From contig CAZCME010000006.1 of assembly GCA_964499705.1 (NCBI GenBank), forward strand, positions 124,001 to 188,000: DNA of 64,000 bases, written 5' to 3'. Of the stretch, positions 1 through 8,069 are shown piece after piece. A program made the translations under genes and the position numbers. The number at the start of each line of letters is the position of its first letter. Position 1 is the first letter of the stretch. This DNA comes from an uncultured bacterium. Lineage in GTDB: Bacteria; UBA8481. Under the pieces are notes generated by a model. The model made no database searches and was not told where the DNA came from. It saw only the letters and a program-made list of their open reading frames with translations.

Positions 1-354
1 GACATGCATCATCTCCGTGTTCAGATCCAGCGGCGCGCCGCGCGACCGGGATGATTTTTCCAGGAGAATCAGATTCAAATCCAGAATCCGCGATTCCACT
101 CCGATGGTCTTCAACGAGGCGCTCAGGCACTGCAAGCCGCGCGGCGGGTAAGCATAGTAGCCGCGGTTGACGGCCGTCTCGGGTTTGAACGCGTCGAAAC
201 TGAATGTCGGACAATGGATAAGGGCGATGGATTTCTCCGAGGGAAAGCGCTTCTTGATGGAATCGAGATGGGTCTTGAACCGGTCGTTCTCATCCCCGCT
301 TGAACGGAAGCAATCGCCATCTAGAAGCCTCGTAGAGGTATTCACGATGATCAC
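1..354 (-). CDS. 5' part of a probable B12-binding radical SAM protein (runs off the window start)
   Basis: Manual translation from GTG at 354 (overlaps the stop of the upstream GT2 gene): VIIVNTSTRLLDGDCFRSSGDENDRFKTHLDSIKKRFPSEKSIALIHCPTFSFDAFKPETAVNRGYYAYPPRGLQCLSASLKTIGVESRILDLN. The 'YPPxGL..L.A.L...G....ILDLN' pattern is typical of the cobalamin-binding N-terminus. Confidence 0.65.
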   Translation of the reverse strand, partial: MIIVNTSTRLLDGDCFRSSGDENDRFKTHLDSIKKRFPSEKSIALIHCPTFSFDAFKPETAVNRGYYAYPPRGLQCLSASLKTIGVESRILDLNLILLEKSSRSRGAPLDLNTEMMHV

Positions 355-1073
355 ACCTTGTACAGCTTTCTTCGCAAGCTGCGAAAAAAGATCTGCGCCA
401 GGCTGTGAACAACGGAAAGCATGTTTTGAAATGAAAAGGCCTTGGTCTTGACGACGGTTCGGTGCTGCACCTTTGTCGGGACTTCCTCATAGCTCATGCC
501 TTCGTTCAATAATCGAGTCACGATCTCGGCCTGATAGGCATACCCGTATGTGTCGGCATGCCACCTCATCACGTTATACCTCTTATGCAGAACAGACCCG
601 TTGTAATATCGCAAGGAATAACCGGTGAGCGCGTTGACTATTTTCGTGTACAGGATGGAAAGCATTCGTCTCCTGGGTTCCCGTCCGTCGATTTCCAGAT
701 AGGGAAGAATCATGTCGGCCTCGCCTCTCTTTTCGAGCACGGCCACCACGTCCTCGACGAACTCCATATTGCTTCCGCCGAAGAACTTGAAGTATTTTCC
801 GCTTCCGATGAACGCGCAATCCGTGTAGTTCCGGGACAATCCCTTCCGCTGATCGTTCCGGATCAATCGCAGGGGCAACTCGGGATGCCGGCAGCAGTAT
901 TGTTCAACCAGGTCCGCCGATCGGTCGGAGGAGTGGTCGTCGACCACGATGATTTCATAGGAACATCCCGCGATGCGGACAGCGGACAGGATCGTTTCGA
1001 TGGCGCCGATGATATTCAGTTCTTCGTTCAGGCAGGGGACGAAAAACGTGACTTCGATTTCATCCAATGTCAT
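351..1073 (-). CDS. Glycosyltransferase family 2
   Basis: FFVPCLNEE, EIIVVDDHSSDRS, NDQRKGLSRNY. Start taken at MTLDEIEV (1073); the ORF track extends to 1145. Confidence 0.9.
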   Translation of the reverse strand: MTLDEIEVTFFVPCLNEELNIIGAIETILSAVRIAGCSYEIIVVDDHSSDRSADLVEQYCCRHPELPLRLIRNDQRKGLSRNYTDCAFIGSGKYFKFFGGSNMEFVEDVVAVLEKRGEADMILPYLEIDGREPRRRMLSILYTKIVNALTGYSLRYYNGSVLHKRYNVMRWHADTYGYAYQAEIVTRLLNEGMSYEEVPTKVQHRTVVKTKAFSFQNMLSVVHSLAQIFFRSLRRKLYKV

Positions 1074-1173
1074 TGTAAACTTTCTTCCATCATCGATGAT
1101 ACTGCGAGCCGTTCGATTTTCCATCGAAAAATGGCGATAGGACAAGGGCCATGGGAAAAATGAGTGGGAGAAA

Positions 1174-1683
1174 ATGATCTACCTGATTCTGGGATTTGTG
1201 TTTTTCTGCGTCTTCGTGATCTCCCATATCTTATGCGCCCGATGCGGCCTCATGAACGTGCAACTTTCCCGGTTGTTGTTCCTTTCCATTTTCTGGCTGG
1301 TCGTTTATGCGGCGATCGTGCAACTCTTCGATGTCGCCGCCGGACCCGGCATGCGAAGCGCGCCGCTCTTGTTCACGTCCCAGGCCCTTTACTTTCTCAT
1401 CTGCCTCACCTACATCGTCGAATGCAGCCTCGTGCCTTACGGAAGCCCGTCGATGAAGATCCTGGAGTGGGTAAGCCGGCAGGCGGACGCGGAAGCCACA
1501 CACGGCCAACTGAGAGAATTCCTGGCCGGAGAGAAATTGATTCAAACCCGGCTGGAAGATCTTATAGCCGGGAGCTACATTCATTTCGACGGCGCGCGCT
1601 ATCGCCTTCAACCGCGCGGTCTCCGCATAGCCCGTCTCATGAAAGCCTACCGCGGCATTCTCAGACGCGAAGCGGGGGGATAG
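1174..1683 (+). CDS. Membrane protein (about 3 TM) with a C-terminal winged-helix-like segment
   Basis: Hydrophobic N-terminal helices, then SPSMKILEWV...LIQTRLEDLIAGSYIHFDGARYRLQPRG. GGGAG SD upstream. Confidence 0.7.
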   Translation: MIYLILGFVFFCVFVISHILCARCGLMNVQLSRLLFLSIFWLVVYAAIVQLFDVAAGPGMRSAPLLFTSQALYFLICLTYIVECSLVPYGSPSMKILEWVSRQADAEATHGQLREFLAGEKLIQTRLEDLIAGSYIHFDGARYRLQPRGLRIARLMKAYRGILRREAGG

Positions 1684-1686
1684 AGG

Positions 1687-2238
1687 ATGCCGCGCCTGAT
1701 CGATCCTTTGGACGCCTATGTGCTCGGCACCGCCCTCGTCAGCTTCGGGCTCTTTCTGGCGGTCCACGTGGCGGTGTTTCGTTATGGGCGTCCTCGACGG
1801 ATCACGCCGCCGCTCATCGTTTCCTTTGCCGCGGGATTCCTCGCCGATGCGGGAGCGGCGCTCATGCTTGTCTTACACCCGACGGAAGCCTTCGCCTCTT
1901 ATTCGGAGGCTGCCCGGTGGCTGGGTGGTTCGGCCTCGCTGGCCGTGTATTCCCTCGTCACGATGCATTACCTCTCCTGGGTCTTCGGCATGGGAGAAGC
2001 GGCGATCCGCATCCGGATCCTCCTGGAGCTGGAACGAAGGCCGGAGGGGACGGCAACGCTCCAGGAGATCCATGAGGCCTACAACGACGAAACGATCCTG
2101 AAGATTCGTCTGGGCAAACTGGTCGGAGCCGGGTATCTGCAAAGGGACGGACAAACCTACCGCGTCCGCCGCAAGGCCGTGTTCCTGCAGTCGAAGATGA
2201 TAGGACTGTTGAAGGCGGCGCTGGGCCTTAATAAATAG
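1687..2238 (+). CDS. Membrane protein, paralog of 1174-1683
   Basis: Same layout; AAIRIRILLEL...ILKIRLGKLVGAGYLQRDGQTYRV aligns by eye with the upstream gene. Starts 3 nt after its stop. Confidence 0.7.
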   Translation: MPRLIDPLDAYVLGTALVSFGLFLAVHVAVFRYGRPRRITPPLIVSFAAGFLADAGAALMLVLHPTEAFASYSEAARWLGGSASLAVYSLVTMHYLSWVFGMGEAAIRIRILLELERRPEGTATLQEIHEAYNDETILKIRLGKLVGAGYLQRDGQTYRVRRKAVFLQSKMIGLLKAALGLNK

Positions 2239-2282
2239 ATAAATGGAAAAATAGATAATTCCGGATTCGGACCGGGTCCCGC

Positions 2283-2311
2283 TCGACCCTCCCCCCACTC
2301 TCCTGTATAAT
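2283..2311 (+). promoter_or_regulatory. sigma70-type promoter, probably leaderless
   Basis: TCGACC-N17-TATAAT-N6-ATG(2318). Confidence 0.6.
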
Positions 2312-2317
2312 CCGCGC

Positions 2318-2836
2318 ATGATGCGATCGGTCATCATCACGGCACAGGGATTTCAGGACGAGGAATATATCTATCCGTTCTATCGACTCGCCGAAGCCGG
2401 CTTTCATGTGGACGTGGCGACGAAGGACGACGCGCCCGCGAAGGGCAAATACGGGTTGACCGCGAAACCCAGCATCACCATGAATCAGCTCGATGCCGCG
2501 CGATTCGACCTGGTCGTTCTCCCGGGCGGCCACGAAGCGCCGGACCGCGTGCGTCAGATTCCCGAGGTGCTTTCATTTGTCCGCGCCATGAACGATTCTA
2601 AGAAGATCATCTCGTCGATCTGCCACGGGCCCTGGATCATGATTTCCGCCCGCATCGTCCGCGGCCGGAAACTCACCGCGTACGCGGCGATCCGGGACGA
2701 TCTGGAGAACGCGGGAGCGATCTACGTCGACGCGCCCGTCGTGGTGGACGGCAACTTCGTCACATCGCCGCACTACAACAACAATGGCGACTGGATGCGC
2801 GCGACCTTGAATCTCTGCGGGGTTTTGCAGATCTGA
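2318..2836 (+). CDS. pfpI: PfpI/DJ-1 family (type 1 glutamine amidotransferase-like) protease/deglycase
   Basis: GFQDEEYIYP, FDLVVLPGG, nucleophile motif SICHGPW, VVVDGNFVTS. Confidence 0.88.
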   Translation: MMRSVIITAQGFQDEEYIYPFYRLAEAGFHVDVATKDDAPAKGKYGLTAKPSITMNQLDAARFDLVVLPGGHEAPDRVRQIPEVLSFVRAMNDSKKIISSICHGPWIMISARIVRGRKLTAYAAIRDDLENAGAIYVDAPVVVDGNFVTSPHYNNNGDWMRATLNLCGVLQI

Positions 2837-2929
2837 TTTCATGGATCTCGACGACATGATCTTCGTCGCGGAACACCGCGGCGACCATCCCACGATGAAC
2901 GAGATCGATGGTTCCTGTATCATCGAGGC

Positions 2930-4810
2930 ATGAATCCGCCATCGAAACATGCGCCGAAAAGTCCTCTTTCCTCTGAATTCGATCCGCTCGCCCGGCGGCG
3001 CCTTTTTTTTCTCCTGGCTTTGGGGCTGCTTTGCTACGCGCGGTTGTATCTCATCCGGACTCCGGTCTGGGACGACAAGTGCTGGCTGTTGTCCTATTAC
3101 TCCACGTCCAGTCTCGACGAATACCTCAGCACGGGGTTCGAGCAGTTGCGCCGGATTCCGGGAGGAATACTGTCATGGCATCTGATCGGTCTTCATAAGA
3201 ATACGGATTTCTATTATCTCATTTTTCATTCGCTCAATCTCATCACGCAGATCGGCGCGCCCTTGCTCTTGTATTTCTGCATCCAGAAGCTCTTCCAGGA
3301 TTCCGGCCTCGCATTTCTGATCGCGCTGGTGGCTCTTGTCTACCCCATCGACACAACGACTCCGATCTTCAGCATGTACCCGTGGGGACTGTTGTTGAGC
3401 CTGGCTTCCCTCTATGTGATGATACGAGGGTTAACCCCGGAGATCCGGTGGTCATGGCTTTTTCTGTCATTGGCGACCGCCATGACCGCGCAAATATTCT
3501 GCGTCGAGGGGGCCGTGGCGCTGGAGCCGGCTCGCGTCATGGTGATCTGGATGATCCTGGCGTCACGCGGGGACATGCGCGGCCATACGCGACATCCTTG
3601 TCGCTCTGCGGCACGCCATGACGGCGGTCACCGCCTCCCTCCATCCATGGAGGTCGGCCGTTCGCGACATCCCTGTCGCTCTGCGGCACTCCCTCCATCC
3701 ATGGAGGTCGGGAAAATTCCGCGCTTTTTTTTGCCGATCTCCCTCATGTTCCTTCTCGGAACCCTGCCGCTCGTGGCCTACAAAATCCTCTTTCCGACAT
3801 TTGGAATCTACGAGGGAGTTTATGCTCCCCAACCGCTTTTTCTCATGAATCTGGAGATGCACGCGCAGGCAGTAGCTTCCTTCTTCTTCCTCAACTGGTT
3901 CATGTTTTCCACTTTTCTCAACGATGGCCTTCTCTCCTTTTCCACTGTGTTACTGGGAATCTGCGGCGGTCTGGCGGGGTGGATATGCGCTCGATGGTTG
4001 CTGAAATTCGAAAAGGAAGACGCCGCAAAATCGGAGATCGCGAAAACGTTTATCGAAATCTGCAGGAAGCGGAAGGTTATGTTTCTGCTGGGGCTCGTTT
4101 ATTACGCCCTGCCGGTTCTCCTGTATGAGTATGCGGGACGCGTCGTGGAATTCGGCCTTGGATCTCGCAATGGCGCTCTGCTTGTAATCGGATTTTCCAT
4201 CATCTGGGGCACGGCGCTCGACGCCATCTTGACGGCGGCGATGGCCGCGGGGCGGACGATCTGGCCGCCTCTGGTTCTTGCTCTCTTCCTGGGAACGGGC
4301 GTATTCTTCCACAATCTCAATCACGATATCTTCCTTGATGCGGAAATTTCCGCGCGTCCCTTCTGGAGAGCGCTCGTGAAGAGATTTCCCACGCTGCCGG
4401 AAAAAGCTTCCGTGCTGTTCGATGTCCGACATCCCCACAATCTCTATGATGAACCTTATCACAACGCCTACGCTCACTGTCTCGAGTTCTCTCTCAATAT
4501 CCTGTATGCGCCATCCGCGGCGCCCGCGGATTTTCGAAATTACATGGCCGGGTCCGCGATGTATTGGGAGACGACAAGGGACTTGGAGCGGGTGTTCGCG
4601 CACCGTCATCCGGGCACAGGCCGGATGTTCACGGACTCGGAGGCTGTCATCATCATCCGGTATGAGAACGGGGAGCTTCTTGTAAACCGGGAGATCCTCT
4701 CGAAGTATCCCGATGTTCCCTATCGCGAACTGCTCGATATCGATCCCCCTCCATTGCCGGACACGCCGGGTATTTATCCTCTACGGTATAAGTTGAAAGG
4801 GTATCTGTAG
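2930..4810 (+). CDS. Polytopic membrane protein, GT-C (PMT/ArnT-like) glycosyltransferase-like
   Basis: About 10-12 hydrophobic segments, an acidic WDD motif after the first TM and a soluble C-terminal domain. Contains an in-frame repeat insertion at 3588-3711. Confidence 0.6.
   Translation: MNPPSKHAPKSPLSSEFDPLARRRLFFLLALGLLCYARLYLIRTPVWDDKCWLLSYYSTSSLDEYLSTGFEQLRRIPGGILSWHLIGLHKNTDFYYLIFHSLNLITQIGAPLLLYFCIQKLFQDSGLAFLIALVALVYPIDTTTPIFSMYPWGLLLSLASLYVMIRGLTPEIRWSWLFLSLATAMTAQIFCVEGAVALEPARVMVIWMILASRGDMRGHTRHPCRSAARHDGGHRLPPSMEVGRSRHPCRSAALPPSMEVGKIPRFFLPISLMFLLGTLPLVAYKILFPTFGIYEGVYAPQPLFLMNLEMHAQAVASFFFLNWFMFSTFLNDGLLSFSTVLLGICGGLAGWICARWLLKFEKEDAAKSEIAKTFIEICRKRKVMFLLGLVYYALPVLLYEYAGRVVEFGLGSRNGALLVIGFSIIWGTALDAILTAAMAAGRTIWPPLVLALFLGTGVFFHNLNHDIFLDAEISARPFWRALVKRFPTLPEKASVLFDVRHPHNLYDEPYHNAYAHCLEFSLNILYAPSAAPADFRNYMAGSAMYWETTRDLERVFAHRHPGTGRMFTDSEAVIIIRYENGELLVNREILSKYPDVPYRELLDIDPPPLPDTPGIYPLRYKLKGYL
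3588..3711 (+). repeat. Tandem pair of palindromic REP/MITE-like units inside the CDS
   Basis: CGCGACATCC(T/C)TGTCGCTCTGCGGCAC at 3588 and 3663, each followed by TCCCTCCATCCATGGAGGTCGG. Hairpins GCGACA-TCCN-TGTCGC and CCTCCA-TCCA-TGGAGG. Confidence 0.8.
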
Positions 4811-4962
4811 TTTCAGACCACCTTTTCAAGTCGGTGTTCCGGGTACGATCCGCTCTGCCTTCACCGTTCCCGCAACACGAAGCGAAACGCGCCTCACAGG
4901 GACAGGCAAGACGGCCGAACGATAGCGGGCGCCACCATCGAGAATCCGTTTCTATAGACGGC

Positions 4963-5949
4963 TCAGGGGGACGCTCCGGCATGGAGCCGACTCATGTACT
5001 GATGAACGATCCCCGCGTATTTCCTTATCCAGGACAGCTGGATCCGATGCCTGTTATTCGCGGGGCCACGCGTGAAGATCGTGATGAGGTAGGGATTGTC
5101 CTTCATATAAACGATGCCGCATTCGTAGAACGCCCCGTGAAAGACGCCGTACTTCATGGCGGAGATCGTTCCCGACGGCAGAACCGAGCGGATTCCCTGC
5201 TGGAACTTCGTCTGCGTCAGTAGTCTCAGCGCCCTGGCGGAATGAGTCTCATTCAGATACGTCGCATTATAGAGCGCCCGGATGATGTTGCTGTACTGCT
5301 TGGCGGTCAGTTTCGTTCCCAGCTTGAAAGGATCCGTGGCGGGATTGGAAACCTGGAAGGGATTCGGCACGCCAAGATCGTCGAAGACCAGCGCGAGGTG
5401 CGAATCGGAGATGTAATAGCAGAGAGCGGAGTTGGCGCTGTTGTTCGAGTATAGAATCATCGTGTCGATCAGCGATGAAATCGTGTACTCCCCCGGTGCG
5501 AGCGGCGAATCTTGCGCGCGGGCGAAGTGGTCGTTCGGCAGCGCGGACATCTCGGGCGTCATGACGACTTTCCGCTGCAGAATACCGGGTTGCTGTTCCT
5601 CGGCCTTGAACCACGCGATCATCACACCGACCTTGATTAGGCTCGCCAGAAACGTCGGCTCGCGCTCGTTGATCCCGATGTTGACGCCGCTGTTGAGATC
5701 CTCGAGATAGATCGAAACGCTGTCCGATGTCCCGTCCGTTGCGAGCTGAGTCAGAAGATCCGACCGTAGAGTCCGGAGGTGTACGATATGGGCATGCGAA
5801 GTGCGCAGCGCAACCATGGGACTTAGGAGAGGATCGCTGGCAATTGGTTTTGGTCGCGCCGGCGTCCTCGCGGCAACATTTGTCATGATGCAAAACAGCA
5901 ACACAAGGGGCGTAAACGCCCCAGTCCACCTGCCCCTATGACACTTCAT
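4963..5949 (-). CDS. Serine hydrolase, class A beta-lactamase-like (Beta-lactamase2 family), exported
   Basis: N-terminal hydrophobic signal; SxxK (ASLIK), SxN (YSNN), KxG (MKYG), ECGIVY...PYLITIFT. Confidence 0.8.
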   Translation of the reverse strand: MKCHRGRWTGAFTPLVLLFCIMTNVAARTPARPKPIASDPLLSPMVALRTSHAHIVHLRTLRSDLLTQLATDGTSDSVSIYLEDLNSGVNIGINEREPTFLASLIKVGVMIAWFKAEEQQPGILQRKVVMTPEMSALPNDHFARAQDSPLAPGEYTISSLIDTMILYSNNSANSALCYYISDSHLALVFDDLGVPNPFQVSNPATDPFKLGTKLTAKQYSNIIRALYNATYLNETHSARALRLLTQTKFQQGIRSVLPSGTISAMKYGVFHGAFYECGIVYMKDNPYLITIFTRGPANNRHRIQLSWIRKYAGIVHQYMSRLHAGASP

Positions 5950-6060
5950 AAAAGATCACTTCGCTACTATATCAGACCTCGAAGGATTGCCAAATATGTC
6001 AATTCCAGCTCCGCAAGGAAACGCTGACAGTAGACCCGCACTCCGATTATACTATTTGAC

Positions 6061-7959
6061 GTGTCGCCGCCCGGTTCAAAACGAGCATCTGGTTTTCACT
6101 GGATGTCATTGCCGTCTTTCGTCGTTCTTGCAACCGTAATTTTCCTTGCGACGCAATTCGATCCCGCGCTCCCTGCAGGCGGCGCCGCCGGATCGTCCGC
6201 CCCCGCGCATTATTCCGCCGATTCCATCACACTCCTCTTCGATAACTTTGACGGCTCCCATCAGGGCGTTGCCGCTTCCGCAGGCATCTCCTACGAAACA
6301 GGTTATCTCTCGGGCAACGCCGTGCGATTCCCCGACACGATGTCCTTCATCCGATACAGCGAAGGATTCTGGCAACCGAACGGCGAGGATGATTTCCAGG
6401 AGTCGGGAACGATCGAGTTCTACTACCGGCCGGAGACCTTCATCTACTCGGGCGCCAGGCCCTACGGCATGCTCTTCACGATCGGCGAACGGAGCACGTT
6501 TCCGAATTTCGGCGAGCCGAACCTCTCTGTTTTCGAAGATGGACAACTCCGCTGGGAGATCGCCCGGTCTCCCACTGGCATCACATACAACACCGCCGCG
6601 GCAAACGACCCTCCGCTCTATCCCGGCCAGTGGTATCACGTGGCGGCGACGTGGAGCGGCAAGAATATTTTCCTCTACCGAAACGGAACTCTCGTGGGAA
6701 ACGGGACTTCGGATTCCTTTGTCCTCGCCGACACGTTTCTCCTCGGCGCCACCGGAGTACTGCCGTTGGCGCAAGGAATCGGTGTTCAGGCCCGATTCGA
6801 CCGGCTGAGGATATCCAACCGAGCCCGAAGCGCCGACGAGCTTCCATCCGCCATGGACGTCAGGATCGATTCTCCTGTGAATGGAGAGGATCTCACGCCG
6901 CCGTTTCCCGTCGCTTACCGCGCGTTCGAATCGGTGTATCGCTCGCGACTCGTGGACCTTGGCGTCGACACGAATTCGTCCGGTTTCGATGGAATCGTCA
7001 TGGCGCGCAACCTCCCCGAATCCGGCGTCGTCCTGACAGGCGCGGGAATTCCGGACGGCACGTTCTACGTCTATGCCATCGCTCACTCCGGCGAAGATTC
7101 CGCGTTTTTCTACACCGCGTCGCCGATCCACGTCACCGCTTCCACCCAGTACTCCATGATCACGGATCCACTGGACACGACGGCGACGGTCGCCAACGTT
7201 CCGACAACCGGCGACTCGTTCGTGCTCATTCTCCTGAATGGCGGAGGAATCACGTCCGGTTCGCTGACCGCCTCCGCCGACTCGATCGGCACAAACGCCA
7301 ACTACTCCATCGCGGCGCGCCTTCTCCAGGCGGCCGACTCCGTCCGAATCTTTATCTGGACCACCGAAACCGCGCCGTCGATACTCCTAGGCGTCCGGAG
7401 CGACACCGGCAATCTAAGCGCTACGCTTCCCGCCGGGATCCCCAATTCCGAACTCGGACGTGCGACATTCGGCGCGACGGTCGTCTCGCTCGAGTTCCTC
7501 CGTTCGAACGGCTCGATGATCGGCGATACGACTTCAACACACCTGCTTCGCGATACGTTTTCGTACTCGCTGGAGTATCAACTCTCGGCGGCCACCGCCT
7601 CTGCATATCAGTCACTCGGATTCGATTTATCCCCGGGATCGGGTTCCTTTGCGTTCTATTTTTCGGACACGTATGGATCCCCCTGGATTTGGGATTCCTC
7701 CGTCATGGTCTCCGTACTGGCGGGTTCCGGAGGCGGCATCCTCGTCCGGGTCGCCGGGATCACGCGTGATCTCCCCGGAGGCCTCGGCATGGCACCGAAT
7801 GGAGGCGTCGTTCTGAACCAGGTCGACGAGCCGGGCTTCTGTATCCTCTACCATATGGGATTGGCGGGCTGGGCGCTGGAATTCCTGCGCGCCCTGAGGG
7901 ATTTCATCATGAGCCTTGCGCTGGGAAGATGGGCGACGGAAATCTACTACACGCTATAG
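6061..7959 (+). CDS. Secreted LamG/concanavalin-like domain protein with a CFI-box-CTERM-like C-terminus
   Basis: Signal-like N-terminus; SGTIEFYYRP, GQWYHVAATWSG...LYRNG, FDRLRISNRARS (LamG_3); tail GFCIL...LEFLRALRDFIMSLALGRWATEIYYTL. Confidence 0.75.
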   Translation: MSPPGSKRASGFHWMSLPSFVVLATVIFLATQFDPALPAGGAAGSSAPAHYSADSITLLFDNFDGSHQGVAASAGISYETGYLSGNAVRFPDTMSFIRYSEGFWQPNGEDDFQESGTIEFYYRPETFIYSGARPYGMLFTIGERSTFPNFGEPNLSVFEDGQLRWEIARSPTGITYNTAAANDPPLYPGQWYHVAATWSGKNIFLYRNGTLVGNGTSDSFVLADTFLLGATGVLPLAQGIGVQARFDRLRISNRARSADELPSAMDVRIDSPVNGEDLTPPFPVAYRAFESVYRSRLVDLGVDTNSSGFDGIVMARNLPESGVVLTGAGIPDGTFYVYAIAHSGEDSAFFYTASPIHVTASTQYSMITDPLDTTATVANVPTTGDSFVLILLNGGGITSGSLTASADSIGTNANYSIAARLLQAADSVRIFIWTTETAPSILLGVRSDTGNLSATLPAGIPNSELGRATFGATVVSLEFLRSNGSMIGDTTSTHLLRDTFSYSLEYQLSAATASAYQSLGFDLSPGSGSFAFYFSDTYGSPWIWDSSVMVSVLAGSGGGILVRVAGITRDLPGGLGMAPNGGVVLNQVDEPGFCILYHMGLAGWALEFLRALRDFIMSLALGRWATEIYYTL

Positions 7960-8069
7960 TTCGATTGTCCGGTGTGTGTAAAAATTCTTACCTTTCATTT
8001 TCATAGCTAACTGTCCAAAGCCGAGTATAATTTCCACATCATGCGACAACCTCGCCGGGCAGGGGGCCG

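Noticed and set aside
2841-2933. 30-codon ORF MDLDDMIFVAEHRGDHPTMNEIDGSCIIEA overlapping the next start
   Set aside because: It is too short to support; it may be a gene remnant or a coupling peptide.
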